This document shows positions 47,901-58,513 of a stretch of DNA of 64,000 bases, piece by piece; the first letter of the stretch is position 1; each line of letters opens with the position of its first letter. Origin of the DNA: a virus. A program made the translations under genes and the position numbers. The notes beneath the pieces were generated by a model. It searched no databases, was not told where the DNA came from, and saw only the letters and a program-made list of their open reading frames with translations. The stretch is taken from the IMG/VR virus record IMGVR_UViG_3300030107_006824, positions 6,255 through 70,254 of that record. One strand, 5' to 3'.

Positions 47901-47929
47901 AATAGTTATATCTATTTGTATCGTTAGTA

Positions 47930-48589
47930 ATGTCTGATAGCATCTATTTAAAGGGATTCGGTCAAGCTATTCGTGAAGAAGGTGATAGTATAACTCTCAC
48001 TTCAGGTAAAATAGCCCAACGAGTTACTAAATGGTGGGGATCTGGTCTAGGGAAAGTATGTGTACCCTCATCAGTGTTTGCTATAACTACAGATGAAGGA
48101 ACTAAATTAAGTCTAGTTGTTGCTGATCCGGCAGGTTCTAGATTACGTATTAAACATGACGGGAAAGGCAATCTTGAATTAAGTGACTTTTTTGGTCTAG
48201 AAAGAGCGGGTCTATTTCCAGAAAACAATCTGATCCCTTCCGCTCTTATTAATGATTATGTTTTCCCAAGTAGTCCTCGTGGAGTAGTGACTTGCATCTC
48301 TGTTGGTACTTTACCTAAAGACTCGAAAATTGGTGACGTACTTCTCAGTGGTAAAGGTATTATTAATATGAGTAAATCGTCTACAGCTTCCTATACCGTA
48401 ACAGCTACTGGTGATTCAACTGATAACGTAAGTACATTATCAGTCACCGATAAAAATGCAAAAATAGATGAAAATAAAATTACATTTTCCAAAGCTGGTA
48501 CATACACTATAAAGGTATCTGTTTCTAGTGAAACTGCTAGTGACTCGCCTAAGACTGCGTCTATCTCTGTAACAGTGAAATCATCTTAA
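47930..48589 (+). CDS. Protein with C-terminal Ig-like domain
   Basis: ITFSKAGTYTIKV...ISVTVK; TAGAAT upstream. Confidence 0.65.
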   Translation: MSDSIYLKGFGQAIREEGDSITLTSGKIAQRVTKWWGSGLGKVCVPSSVFAITTDEGTKLSLVVADPAGSRLRIKHDGKGNLELSDFFGLERAGLFPENNLIPSALINDYVFPSSPRGVVTCISVGTLPKDSKIGDVLLSGKGIINMSKSSTASYTVTATGDSTDNVSTLSVTDKNAKIDENKITFSKAGTYTIKVSVSSETASDSPKTASISVTVKSS

Positions 48590-49296
48590 TCTATACCTAC
48601 TTTAAAGACAGGGGAATAAGTATAATTAGATTTAACAACTTTCATGCGTTGATCTGGTGTCATTTCTTTAAATGATAATATATCTGTACCTACTGTACAT
48701 TTGATGTTATAAGGCAAGCGTTTTGTATCTCTAGCATGCACTCCTATATAAAACTCATCTTTATAATTAACGTACATTTTATCAAACGGATGCTCTTGTT
48801 TATCACGATTATATAATCTAACATCTAAACGAGAGTCTATATACTTATTATTTGTTTTAAGATTCTCAAGATTTATCCCTACGTATCCATCAGCATATCT
48901 AGGAATAGATGATACTATTATTGCTGGATGGTAATCATTTACTATTCCTAAATCTAAAGTTGTATCATATATCACTGGGTCATAACCATTTACAGTAGAG
49001 TTATCTTCGTATGTTAATGACATGGGATCCCATCCATCTTCTCCTTTATAGTCAATATAAGTATCGACAATGTCGATATTGAATTTAATGAACCTATTTT
49101 CTGCTCCGAATAAACCAATACTATCTGAATAAGTTACAGAATAACCGGCACAAGTAACACTTTCCTGTGCTGCTGATTGAAGCGAAGAGCCCTTACTGAA
49201 ATTTAAAGACTTAGAAACACTTACATATTCTTGTTGTGTGCTTCCACTTGAACCGTAGCTAATAGTATCATTTAATACCTTTTCAGTGACATCCAT
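48586..49296 (-). CDS. Hypothetical protein, probably structural
   Basis: TACAAT upstream; beta-rich. Confidence 0.6.
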   Translation of the reverse strand: MDVTEKVLNDTISYGSSGSTQQEYVSVSKSLNFSKGSSLQSAAQESVTCAGYSVTYSDSIGLFGAENRFIKFNIDIVDTYIDYKGEDGWDPMSLTYEDNSTVNGYDPVIYDTTLDLGIVNDYHPAIIVSSIPRYADGYVGINLENLKTNNKYIDSRLDVRLYNRDKQEHPFDKMYVNYKDEFYIGVHARDTKRLPYNIKCTVGTDILSFKEMTPDQRMKVVKSNYTYSPVFKVGID

Positions 49297-49328
49297 AATC
49301 TCTACACCGTCCTTACTTCTATTGTAGA

Positions 49329-50285
49329 TTACAAGTAATTATCAATCATTTCACTTCTACTTCTAAGAGTTTTTAGAGCTTTAGTTTCTAATGTCCTTAC
49401 ACGATCCCTACTCATGTTAAGTATCTGACCAATCGCAGTCATTGACATTGGTTCTAAGACATCTTCTCCAATTCCATACCGCATCCTTACAACTGCACTT
49501 TGCATTTCTGGAAGATCATCTATCATGTTTTTTATATCTTCTTTGATGTACAATTTTTCAAGTAAACTTTCCGGTGATTGGCTTTCATCTTCTAATAGAT
49601 CTATTAAGCAAGTGTCTCGATTTTCTCCAATTTTAATTTCCAAAGATGTAGGCTGACGAGCTTTACACATTAAATCTTTAATGTCATCTACTTTTAAATT
49701 AAGCTCTTCTGAAAGTTGAAATACGTCTGGAATTTTTCCATTAATTTGTGACAACTCTCTTTGAGCCTTCTTCAATCGATTTAAGTTTTCAGTTACATGG
49801 ATCGGTAATCGTATTGCACGGGATTTCTCCGCAATGGCACGAGTGATCCCTTGACGAATCCACCAATAAGCATAGGTACTAAACTTATACCCACGACCAG
49901 GGTCAAACTTTTCCACACCACGGACCAGCCCAATGGTTCCTTCCTGGATGATGTCAAGCAATTCCATGTTCCTTTTGGTGTACTTTTTGGCCACTGAGAC
50001 CACCAAACGGAGGTTTGCCGTGACCATCTTCTCTTTTGCTTTAGCACCATCGCGTAACTCTCTTCGTAGGTCTTTGTAATCAATGCTTAGCTCTTTAGCT
50101 AATTCTTTGTCTGTTAGTTTGACGCCATCACAAGATTCACATGCATTACGTGTATCTTCTAATTCCATCATTCTTTGTACTTGACGCCCTAAGAGTATTT
50201 CCTCATCATGCTCTAACAAAGGTACTCTTCCAATATCCCGTAAGTATGAACGTACGGAATCTCCTGATGCTTTTTGTTGCGGCAT
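49329..50285 (-). CDS. rpoD: RNA polymerase sigma-70 factor, group-2-like (no region 1.1)
   Basis: DSVRSYLRDIGRVPLL, ANLRLVVSVAKKY, GYKFSTYAYWWIRQGITRAI, region 4 HTH. Confidence 0.96.
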   Translation of the reverse strand: MPQQKASGDSVRSYLRDIGRVPLLEHDEEILLGRQVQRMMELEDTRNACESCDGVKLTDKELAKELSIDYKDLRRELRDGAKAKEKMVTANLRLVVSVAKKYTKRNMELLDIIQEGTIGLVRGVEKFDPGRGYKFSTYAYWWIRQGITRAIAEKSRAIRLPIHVTENLNRLKKAQRELSQINGKIPDVFQLSEELNLKVDDIKDLMCKARQPTSLEIKIGENRDTCLIDLLEDESQSPESLLEKLYIKEDIKNMIDDLPEMQSAVVRMRYGIGEDVLEPMSMTAIGQILNMSRDRVRTLETKALKTLRSRSEMIDNYL

Positions 50286-50305
50286 ATTATTATCTTTATC
50301 TGTAA

Positions 50306-50665
50306 TTACTCTAGCATCTCACGCATGTTTAAGCAATCCATAATTGCACTTTCTGGACTACATCCTCCCTCTACTACTTCTCCAACACATCTTGCAAATC
50401 TTAGACTTTCTTTGGGCTCTTTTTGCTTACCTTCCATTGTCTCAACAGCCATTGCTTGAGCAGCGTGCTCTTCATATCCTTTTGATTTATAGTTCTCCCA
50501 TAACCTCATAAATCGTTCTACAGAGGAATCTACATCTGTTCCATGATGGAACATTTCAGCTGTAATCATGTTTGCAGCTTCACTTGGCACACCATCTGAT
50601 TTCAGATGTTGCCACATAGCTTCAAATAATTCTGGATCTTCTACCAGCTTTCCTGCAAAATGCAC
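50306..50665 (-). CDS. Hypothetical protein with internal repeat
   Basis: W..(L/Y)KS.G....AA....(A/V)E occurs twice. Confidence 0.65.
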   Translation of the reverse strand: MHFAGKLVEDPELFEAMWQHLKSDGVPSEAANMITAEMFHHGTDVDSSVERFMRLWENYKSKGYEEHAAQAMAVETMEGKQKEPKESLRFARCVGEVVEGGCSPESAIMDCLNMREMLE

Positions 50666-50701
50666 GATATTAAAGACTATACTTATTTAATTGTACAACT
50701 T

Positions 50702-51172
50702 CTAAATATATAGCTGAGTATCGACGTTGTAGTAAGTATCAGCATCATTAGTAACTGTGCCTAGTTCTGGATTACCTCTTGATGCATTGAGTAAATTAGC
50801 CTTTTCAACTGTTTTACCCATGCTATTTAAGGCAAGCCCTTGAACATCAGGAGCTGTACTTGTCAATATCAAAGCCATGTAATCATTGGCATACTTTATT
50901 TGCTCAGCAGTCCGCCTATTATTCTCAGTGATCTTTAAAGTAGTGCTGTTGATTGCTTGTGTCGCTTGACCAGCACGAGTCATTCCAGCCTTAACTGCAT
51001 TATCACTAGATGCTAATGCTGCATTTGTATAAGGTTGATTATTCCCTGCTGGGTTTGTTATCGGTGAACCGTCATTCATGTTAGAAGTTCTAGGGCCTGT
51101 CCTCATGCCTAACTGTCCGGCTGAACCGGCTAAGTAATTCTGAGTAATGTTTCTAGGATTTTGATTGGCCAT
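50702..51172 (-). CDS. Hypothetical virion-associated protein
   Basis: N/A/T-rich late ORF. Confidence 0.6.
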   Translation of the reverse strand: MANQNPRNITQNYLAGSAGQLGMRTGPRTSNMNDGSPITNPAGNNQPYTNAALASSDNAVKAGMTRAGQATQAINSTTLKITENNRRTAEQIKYANDYMALILTSTAPDVQGLALNSMGKTVEKANLLNASRGNPELGTVTNDADTYYNVDTQLYI

Positions 51173-51209
51173 TTCAATTAAAACGTGATTAATAATAATA
51201 ATAATAATA

Positions 51210-51243
51210 TACTAAGGGACTGAATACTCAGCCCCTAAGTTTA
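51210..51243 (-). terminator. Hairpin after the scaffold gene
   Basis: AGGG(A)CTGA-ATAC-TCAGCCCCT. Confidence 0.5.
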
Positions 51244-51244
51244 A

Positions 51245-52258
51245 TCACATATCATTTACAAGCAACTTACTTTGTAAAGCGCCTTGCGGAGCTGAAGATA
51301 AGTATTGCCATGCATTTTCAGGACTCTGATCCATTATTTGGCTAAAGCTATTCCAGAAATTATCTGTTCTAGCTTGTGCTCCTTGTGAACGACCTGGGGT
51401 AGGCATTGCCATCTGAGGTCTTTGGAAGTTAGGAGGAACACTTCTATTCTTTTCCTGATACCTAATTTCTTTAGCAAAATTCTGCTGAGCACGCTGCTTC
51501 TTCATTTGAGCCTGTTCTTCTCTTGTAGGCGTTGGATAAGGACCTTTAGGACCATAGAATCCATTCACGTAATCAGCAAGAACGTCTGGATGAGTGAGAA
51601 TCAGATTCATTGCCTGCCTTTCTTCACCAGCTGCTCTGAGCATGGTGCCCATTTGTTGACCCTGCTTGACTTGTTGGACAAGTGCATCTTCAACAGCACA
51701 TGCGTACTTATTTAGAAGATTGGGGGCTTCAGCTCCGAAGTGTTGAAGAACTTCAAGACTTTCGTTGCTTACCTGACTTAGATACCCGTCTTGAGCCTGG
51801 CTTGCTCCTTGCTGGTGCGCCTTCGTTACCAGGCTTTTGACCTGATCCCGCGAGAAGGCTTGGGTTGAAGCTTGGGGCTGATATGTCGGGGCTGCCGAAT
51901 ACTGGGCTTGCTGCTGTTGTGTTTGAGAAGCCCAAGCTGCTGGGGTATTGGCCTGAGGCGTTGGTGTCTGGTAAGCCGAGTATTGTACCGGGGCCTGGGA
52001 TTGACTTGGCGTATTCAGGGACTGGCTTAGAGCCTGGAACGCGGCCTGCCATGGATTGCCCTGTGCCGCCGAACCCTGCTGGGCCGGAGCCTGCTGGTAG
52101 GTTGGAGCCGGAGCTGTCTGTTGGTAAGTCGGTCCCGATACCTGCGAGATTGATTGTGGGCTCGTCGCGTATTGGGCGGCCGAGTTTGGAGCGGACGCGG
52201 TCGGCATCGCTGAGGGTGTTGGGGCCGGAATTGTCGCCGCTTGGTTTGTAACTTCCAC
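51245..52258 (-). CDS. Putative capsid scaffolding protein
   Basis: Directly after the portal; P/Q/A-rich N-half and helical C-half; AAGGAG RBS before the GTG. Confidence 0.65.
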   Translation of the reverse strand: MEVTNQAATIPAPTPSAMPTASAPNSAAQYATSPQSISQVSGPTYQQTAPAPTYQQAPAQQGSAAQGNPWQAAFQALSQSLNTPSQSQAPVQYSAYQTPTPQANTPAAWASQTQQQQAQYSAAPTYQPQASTQAFSRDQVKSLVTKAHQQGASQAQDGYLSQVSNESLEVLQHFGAEAPNLLNKYACAVEDALVQQVKQGQQMGTMLRAAGEERQAMNLILTHPDVLADYVNGFYGPKGPYPTPTREEQAQMKKQRAQQNFAKEIRYQEKNRSVPPNFQRPQMAMPTPGRSQGAQARTDNFWNSFSQIMDQSPENAWQYLSSAPQGALQSKLLVNDM

Positions 52259-54023
52259 TGTAACTTAACTCCTTACGTAAAAATTCAAGTGATCTATATA
52301 AGAATCCTGTGATATCAAGATTCGGGTCAGACGCAAGAGGTAAATCTGGTGTCTGAGGATGTGGCAACTGATAAAGTTGCCCTAATAATCCAATGAAGCT
52401 GCTTAAAGACTGTTGTGTTTGTTGGACCATTCTAAACGGATAACCGCTTAACATTGCCGCTCTTTCTTCATCAGTTTTACCTGGGAATAAATATTTAAGA
52501 GCCTCAATAGAATCAACGCCAAGTTCTTGTAGGTTACGTACGACGATACTGTTATTTAAAATATCGTCAGGACTTGCTTCAAAAACTTCGCCTTGCCAAC
52601 GCCATGCAACTTTTGTGCTGCCGTCAGGAATAAGACCAACTACACCTGGAGGAATATTTCCTGTTTCCAGTGTATCACGAATTAATTGTGACCTTGTTTC
52701 TGCATATAGTTTTATGCTTTTTTTATACTCTTCTTGAGCAACTTCTAATGCTGCTTCCTTTCCTTCAAAATCTTCAGGTAAAGGAATGTCAGGCTTCTCT
52801 AAACCTACAGCTTGTGCAAACGATTCTTTAAATAAATATTCCTCATGCTTTAGGATCATTGCAAATATTTTGCATAATCCATATGTAAATAATGATTTCG
52901 CTTTCTTCTCTGCTGTAGCGGCTACACGTCCATATAGCGTTTTAATTTCGTATGCCGTTGATGCCAAATTAATATCTATATCATCAACACCGCCAAGTGC
53001 TAAACGTATTTCTGAACGATATTGTTTAACGTACATATTTTGATCTCCTGAAACACTGTCAGGCGTCATGTACGATATACGATCAGTTGGTTCAATGTTT
53101 GCTATGACACGGGGGACTTTGATCTGACCATCTATTGCAGACGGTGCCCCAAAAGGTTGATTTGTACGTGTGCCAGGACGATCAGCAGAGTAAAAACCAG
53201 CCATAGAGCTAATCGTTGGCCGGAATGTGCTATCTTCTCCAGATTCAATTAAATCATGCTTAGGACGGCTTGAAATTAATGTAGGATTTCCAAAGAACTT
53301 TAGATTTTTTCTAATATTTCTAACCAATTCATCGTGATACAAAATTTGATTTGCTAACCAGTCAAATTCTCCATTACCTGTAGCTTCCCCAGTACAGTCC
53401 ATATAATTATAGACTTCAACGGCAGGGATGAATCCAAGACTATTTACAAGAGTTTCAGTCTTGCCTTGTTGATTCATTGCAAAATTTGACATCTGATTAT
53501 TGAATTCAATCTTTTCATCAGAAATCGTTTGCTCAATTTTATCCTTATACACTTTAATCCTTATATACTTCTTTTTCCCTTTCCTAGGATCTACTATTCC
53601 ATAGTTATCCACAGGATTATTATCTTTTACATTGAAATCATATACAAATTCAACACTATCTAAATCTCCATTTTGATCACGGTACGCACGATAGGCTTCT
53701 TTCGGGAAGTATAAAATCTGATAACTATCTCCTGAAGGTCTAAAATAAAACAATCCTTGTCCATCACATAAGAAATAATCAACAATGCTTTCTAACTTCA
53801 TTTCTAACATGTTCTCTTCGCATACTTGAGCGATCAATTCTTTACGCATACCAAATGAATCTTGCTCAGCAAAGAATTCAATGCCACGTCGTAGCATGAA
53901 CATTCTCATCTGAGCTAAATGAGATGAGACAATCATAGAATCTACCGCCATGTCTCCACGACGTTCTTTTGCAGCTTCTAGTATCTGTTGAAATTGATTG
54001 TTAGTTGTTGATTGATTATTCAT
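51753..54023 (-). CDS. Portal protein
   Basis: Size and position near terminase; NSLGFIPAVE, FFGNPTL; low-complexity C-tail overlapping the scaffold gene. Confidence 0.75.
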   Translation of the reverse strand: MNNQSTTNNQFQQILEAAKERRGDMAVDSMIVSSHLAQMRMFMLRRGIEFFAEQDSFGMRKELIAQVCEENMLEMKLESIVDYFLCDGQGLFYFRPSGDSYQILYFPKEAYRAYRDQNGDLDSVEFVYDFNVKDNNPVDNYGIVDPRKGKKKYIRIKVYKDKIEQTISDEKIEFNNQMSNFAMNQQGKTETLVNSLGFIPAVEVYNYMDCTGEATGNGEFDWLANQILYHDELVRNIRKNLKFFGNPTLISSRPKHDLIESGEDSTFRPTISSMAGFYSADRPGTRTNQPFGAPSAIDGQIKVPRVIANIEPTDRISYMTPDSVSGDQNMYVKQYRSEIRLALGGVDDIDINLASTAYEIKTLYGRVAATAEKKAKSLFTYGLCKIFAMILKHEEYLFKESFAQAVGLEKPDIPLPEDFEGKEAALEVAQEEYKKSIKLYAETRSQLIRDTLETGNIPPGVVGLIPDGSTKVAWRWQGEVFEASPDDILNNSIVVRNLQELGVDSIEALKYLFPGKTDEERAAMLSGYPFRMVQQTQQSLSSFIGLLGQLYQLPHPQTPDLPLASDPNLDITGFLYRSLEFLRKELSYSGSYKPSGDNSGPNTLSDADRVRSKLGRPIRDEPTINLAGIGTDLPTDSSGSNLPAGSGPAGFGGTGQSMAGRVPGSKPVPEYAKSIPGPGTILGLPDTNASGQYPSSLGFSNTTAASPVFGSPDISAPSFNPSLLAGSGQKPGNEGAPARSKPGSRRVSKSGKQRKS

Positions 54024-54070
54024 CTATTACCTTTGTTTTCTATAGTTTAGCTAAAGAGCTTAAGGTCGGA

Positions 54071-56635
54071 TTATTCTGTCTTAGATGTATTTGGATTACC
54101 AAAATTAAAATTAAATCCATCTAATCCTAATCCCATCCTCCCGAGCAATTTGAATTTATTAAATCTATTCTGCTGGTCAAATAAACTAGTCATTTGTCCT
54201 AGTGCTCCAGCTAGATCTTGTTGATTAATCGGGGAACTCGTTAATGCTCTGTCAGCAGCACCCTCTGAAATTCTTGCTCCTGCATTAGAAGATTGATCCA
54301 TTAAATCAGCATAAGCATCTGTTTTCATTAAAGTTTCCCAAATACCAGGATCGTCACCGCCACCTGCATTGTAGTTACGTACAGATTGATCTATATAGGC
54401 ATTAGCACCGCTTACACCACTAATCAAAGACAGCCAATCATTATCTTGAGTGGTATCATTATCTTCATAATTTAGATCGAGGCTATTATCATCTGCTGAA
54501 CTATAATCGTCACCCCTATCATATAAATAATCAAGAACAGCATTTCTATTCCCGATTACTACATCATCACCGGCTTCTATGTCTGAAACGTCCTTAATAT
54601 TACCTTCATTTATCTTAGTGTCTATATTTAGTAACGAGCTGTTATCTCCAGTAGCTTGTGAGCCTTCTCCAGATGCTGTAACGATACTGTTACCAGCAGA
54701 ACCATCACCACTAACTAGATCCTCTCCGGCTTTACCGCCTGTAACAATTTCTGAGAAATCTCCAGCCGTTTGAGCGGTACTATCTTTCCCGCTTGCAGAT
54801 GAAACAAGCATATCCTCTCCAGCTACCGCACTGTCCTTAATGACATCCCCTTCACCTGTAGCCATACTGTCATCACCAGATGCTGAAACAATATCCCCTT
54901 CATATGTAGCCAGACTGTCATCACCATATGCTCCAACATTATCCCCTTCATATGTTGCTTGACTTTCATCACCATATGCTGAAACATTATCCCCTTCATA
55001 TGTTGCTTGACTACCGTCTCCACTTGCTTCTTGTCCTGTATTAGCATCTGGTCCTACAATATCTTGTCCAGCTGCAAAAGCACCTCCCATATTTCCATCA
55101 CCCGATTGACTAGGAGTTAAGTCATAGCCAACTTCTGCTAGAAGATCCTGCGATTCTTGATCTAATATCGCTCGCATATCAATTTCAGCTAGCTCCCGTG
55201 CTCTCTCTTCTGCTCTTAATTCTCGCCTTGCTTCTCGCCTTGCTTCTCGATTTGCTTCTTGCCTTTCTTCTTTAGCCTGCTGCTTTAATGACTGCCTCTC
55301 TGCTCTAGCATCTTGCTTCTGTTGTCTATTTAACTGTTTTTCTGCCCTAGCATCTTGCCTCAATTGTCTATTTAACTGGTTTTCTGCTTGTCTATCTGCT
55401 CTACCAGCTAATCTTTCTTCTCTATTTAGCATGTTATCTAGAATTTTCTGAGCATGCGGCTTTATAGCACGAGGGTCTGCTTGATCAAATCTTCCTCTAA
55501 TATAATCACTGGATTCGTCCGCTCTCCAGCCCTTAACATCCTTTCCTCTAATGTAATCACCTAAATATTTATCTGCTTCTTCTACTAATGGTCCTTTTCC
55601 TGGGAATGACTCTTCTCCAAGGGCGTTTGATAAATTTCCTTGATCAAAGCCAGCTCCTGTTTGACCAGGCATCACAGGTCCTGTAGCTGGGGATTCTGCT
55701 CCTGGGCCTTCAAAGGTAATTGAATCTTTATAAGCAGCTTCATTATAAGCAGCTTCTTCATCTGCTCTAGTTTGTCTTTCAAGAATACGATTAGCTTTCT
55801 TATCTGCTCTCTTATCTGCTCTAGCTTGTTCTTTAAGAAGAGCCTTAGCAGCTTGCTTCTGCTGTCTGGCATAAGCGTTAGCTTCTTTCCGCTCATCTTT
55901 TGCAGCTCTTTTATCTGTCCTTAATTCTTTAATTTCACTTCGATTATCAGTAAAATCATCTTTTAATCCCTGCAGTGTTGAGGTATAAGTATTCGTATAC
56001 GAACCAATATTAGGGTTAAAAGTATTAGGATTACCTGACCAGCCACGCTCATCCTGTGTGCCTATATCAGTGCCTGTCATATCACGAGCACGTCCTTCAC
56101 TAGTGATTTCATCATATAGACCACCTCCTCCTGGAACATTCTTACCAACTAATTTATTTGGATTCTTATTCATCCAATTAATGATTTCTTGAGTGGAATA
56201 TCCAGCGTCAACTGCTGCCCTATAATCAGCATGTCCAAAGTCAGATCCTTGTCCATAGTTTGAACGAATAATAGGCCCCTTATCTTCAAGCTTGCTTATC
56301 TGACCTTTAAGGATTCCTTGTTGACCTTTAAGTTCCTTTAATCGTTGACGCTCTTCAGGTGTAAATTCAGCTTGTACAGCAGCCTTAACGTTCCCTCCTC
56401 CTGCATTATTATTTTTATTCCATCTATTCTGAACACCTTTACTTACTGTCGTACCCGACTTATTTAAGCGGTTTTCTAATTGGTTTCTATTAAATTTCAA
56501 GCCCTGCTGATTCATGCTAGACTTTAACGCTTTTAAATCCTTACCGCTAAGATCACCGTCTGTTAAATTACCCTTAATGTAATTATCTAACCATTGCTTA
56601 GACGCTCTCGTCTTCCCACTATTATTGCTAGCCAT
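54071..56635 (-). CDS. Large repeat-rich putative internal virion protein
   Basis: Charged coiled-coil tracts and 16-aa SQATYEGDNVSAYGDE repeats. Confidence 0.6.
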   Translation of the reverse strand: MASNNSGKTRASKQWLDNYIKGNLTDGDLSGKDLKALKSSMNQQGLKFNRNQLENRLNKSGTTVSKGVQNRWNKNNNAGGGNVKAAVQAEFTPEERQRLKELKGQQGILKGQISKLEDKGPIIRSNYGQGSDFGHADYRAAVDAGYSTQEIINWMNKNPNKLVGKNVPGGGGLYDEITSEGRARDMTGTDIGTQDERGWSGNPNTFNPNIGSYTNTYTSTLQGLKDDFTDNRSEIKELRTDKRAAKDERKEANAYARQQKQAAKALLKEQARADKRADKKANRILERQTRADEEAAYNEAAYKDSITFEGPGAESPATGPVMPGQTGAGFDQGNLSNALGEESFPGKGPLVEEADKYLGDYIRGKDVKGWRADESSDYIRGRFDQADPRAIKPHAQKILDNMLNREERLAGRADRQAENQLNRQLRQDARAEKQLNRQQKQDARAERQSLKQQAKEERQEANREARREARRELRAEERARELAEIDMRAILDQESQDLLAEVGYDLTPSQSGDGNMGGAFAAGQDIVGPDANTGQEASGDGSQATYEGDNVSAYGDESQATYEGDNVGAYGDDSLATYEGDIVSASGDDSMATGEGDVIKDSAVAGEDMLVSSASGKDSTAQTAGDFSEIVTGGKAGEDLVSGDGSAGNSIVTASGEGSQATGDNSSLLNIDTKINEGNIKDVSDIEAGDDVVIGNRNAVLDYLYDRGDDYSSADDNSLDLNYEDNDTTQDNDWLSLISGVSGANAYIDQSVRNYNAGGGDDPGIWETLMKTDAYADLMDQSSNAGARISEGAADRALTSSPINQQDLAGALGQMTSLFDQQNRFNKFKLLGRMGLGLDGFNFNFGNPNTSKTE
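54835..55020 (-). repeat. 48-bp (16-aa) coding tandem repeat, about 4 copies
   Basis: ATCCCCTTCATATGT recurs at 48-bp period. Confidence 0.85.
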
Positions 56636-56684
56636 TGAATTACCTTAAGTGTTATTATTTTTATTTTAACTAATTTTATTTATT

Positions 56685-58223
56685 TTATAATTCAAATGAA
56701 TCTGCACTGTAATCCAACTGAATTGATCCTCTTCTCATCAATCCTCCTATAGTCAATACCATAGAATCAACGGCATCATCATGTGATGCATGTCCAAAAT
56801 TTAATAGCTCATCTTCTAATACATCCCATTTACGCCATTTATTCCACACAATTTTTTTGTGCTCATACAATCCAAGTACACCTCGTAATCTTGCTAACTT
56901 ATCTCCTTTAAATCCTTTAACAGGTGAGCAGGATAGATTATAAAGGGCTCGATCCTCAAACATAATTCTTTTAAAATCACCTTCAAACGAGGTCTGATAG
57001 GCAACAGCTTCGGGCCAAATAATGCAAGGAGACATTGTTGGAAAATATTGGCTCTCATCGTTTTCTAATAATATATTCCAATCAGCTAACATCTCACATA
57101 ATATATCCATTTTTTCGATATTTCCCATCGATCTTATTCTTCTCTGATCGATTAAATAAATTTTCCCTTCTTTTATGCCAGCTAATGTGAATACTGTCCA
57201 GTCATTCTTTTCATTTAATCCAGCACTTAAATCAATGCCTACCCCTAAACAGTCATAGTCATCTGGAACTTCCGCCTTAACTATTAATTCTGGTGATATT
57301 CCTACGTCTGTTGATTGTACAGCTGTATTTAAATACTGATAAGCAAAAGCTATTCTATCTTCTACCTTTCGTTCGTTTAAATATTTCATTGACCAGAACT
57401 CAGGCCAGTATGAACGTTGCCTACCGTCTGCATCTGTTATAACTGCTTTTTGAACAATCTGCTTCCAATTATTCTTTGGTATGAACAACGTAGCGTGAAC
57501 GTCGTCAAAGTGAAAACGTGTCCCGAGACAAATAGCACGAGCGCCTTGGAACATCGTTGGAGCGATAACGTTAGACCATGTTTGCTCCATTTCACGGCGG
57601 ATATCTGGGTTATTAATTGAAATTGCCGATTTGATTGGGTCATCAATAAGGACCAACTGTGACCGCTTTGACGTGATAGCACCTTTTAGGCCTCCACATG
57701 CAACAGTAAATGCTTCCTCTCCTGCAGTGTCTACTCCTGCAAACTCATAATCAATACTCCAATATTCATCTGACCTTTTAATCTTAGATAACCGTACCAT
57801 AGGATATATCTCTCGGTACTTTGGACTCGTCAGAATACCTTTTATAGTTGCAGACTTAGCTCTTGAGATGTCTACCATATAAGCGATATAAAGAATCCTT
57901 AGCATCTTCTTAGCTGCAGCATGTCGGCCAATCATCCAAGCTGCATATAAACCAAGGACAGTACTTTTGGCAGATCCACGCGGAGCAAGTATTGATGTAT
58001 TAGGACCTGCTATTCCTAATAGACATTCACTATCCTTACCCGTACATAGTTCTTTATGCCACTCTCTCATATGTTTAGCTGGTGGCTTACCTAAAATTTT
58101 ACAAAAAACTGCAAAATCATCCCTAGCCTGTAGTACTTCTGCTGAGGGTGCCTTTGTCGTAACTTTTGTAGCTGTCATTAATGCGCTACGACGATAAGCA
58201 AGGGAGATACTAGGAATTGCCAT
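56685..58223 (-). CDS. terL: Terminase large subunit
   Basis: APRGSAKST Walker A, VLIDD Walker B, GTRFH.DD, GIDLS nuclease motif, HDDAVDS. Confidence 0.95.
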   Translation of the reverse strand: MAIPSISLAYRRSALMTATKVTTKAPSAEVLQARDDFAVFCKILGKPPAKHMREWHKELCTGKDSECLLGIAGPNTSILAPRGSAKSTVLGLYAAWMIGRHAAAKKMLRILYIAYMVDISRAKSATIKGILTSPKYREIYPMVRLSKIKRSDEYWSIDYEFAGVDTAGEEAFTVACGGLKGAITSKRSQLVLIDDPIKSAISINNPDIRREMEQTWSNVIAPTMFQGARAICLGTRFHFDDVHATLFIPKNNWKQIVQKAVITDADGRQRSYWPEFWSMKYLNERKVEDRIAFAYQYLNTAVQSTDVGISPELIVKAEVPDDYDCLGVGIDLSAGLNEKNDWTVFTLAGIKEGKIYLIDQRRIRSMGNIEKMDILCEMLADWNILLENDESQYFPTMSPCIIWPEAVAYQTSFEGDFKRIMFEDRALYNLSCSPVKGFKGDKLARLRGVLGLYEHKKIVWNKWRKWDVLEDELLNFGHASHDDAVDSMVLTIGGLMRRGSIQLDYSADSFEL

Positions 58224-58247
58224 AAGTCGATCTAACCTATAGTTAGT

Positions 58248-58511
58248 CTATACAGAATACTTAGTTTTTAGGAATCTATTGATAGCTCTTTCTTCTTGTT
58301 TTGATAGCCATTTACTATACTTTACTTGAGCCCTATAATCTTGAAAAGCTCTCCCCATTGCAGCTGCATACATTCTTGCTTCTAGTTCTCTTCCGCTTGA
58401 TAAAGATAAATCATCTGAACTGTAACCAGATTTTCTTGGCAACCCAGGCGAACTTAAATTAGTAATTGCAGTAGGCTGTAAAAGGGGTAGTTCTGGAAAA
58501 GGAGGGCGCAT
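58248..58511 (-). CDS. Hypothetical protein
   Basis: Operon ORF upstream of terL. Confidence 0.6.
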   Translation of the reverse strand: MRPPFPELPLLQPTAITNLSSPGLPRKSGYSSDDLSLSSGRELEARMYAAAMGRAFQDYRAQVKYSKWLSKQEERAINRFLKTKYSV

Positions 58512-58513
58512 AA

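Noticed and set aside
51865-52251. 128-aa + strand ORF as a third coding frame
   Set aside because: No RBS or promoter seen; expected by chance in a GC-rich, stop-poor stretch.
54835-55020. CRISPR array or ice-nucleation repeat
   Set aside because: These are in-frame coding repeats without unique spacers or a cas operon, and they lack the TxT/AGYGST consensus of ice-nucleation proteins.
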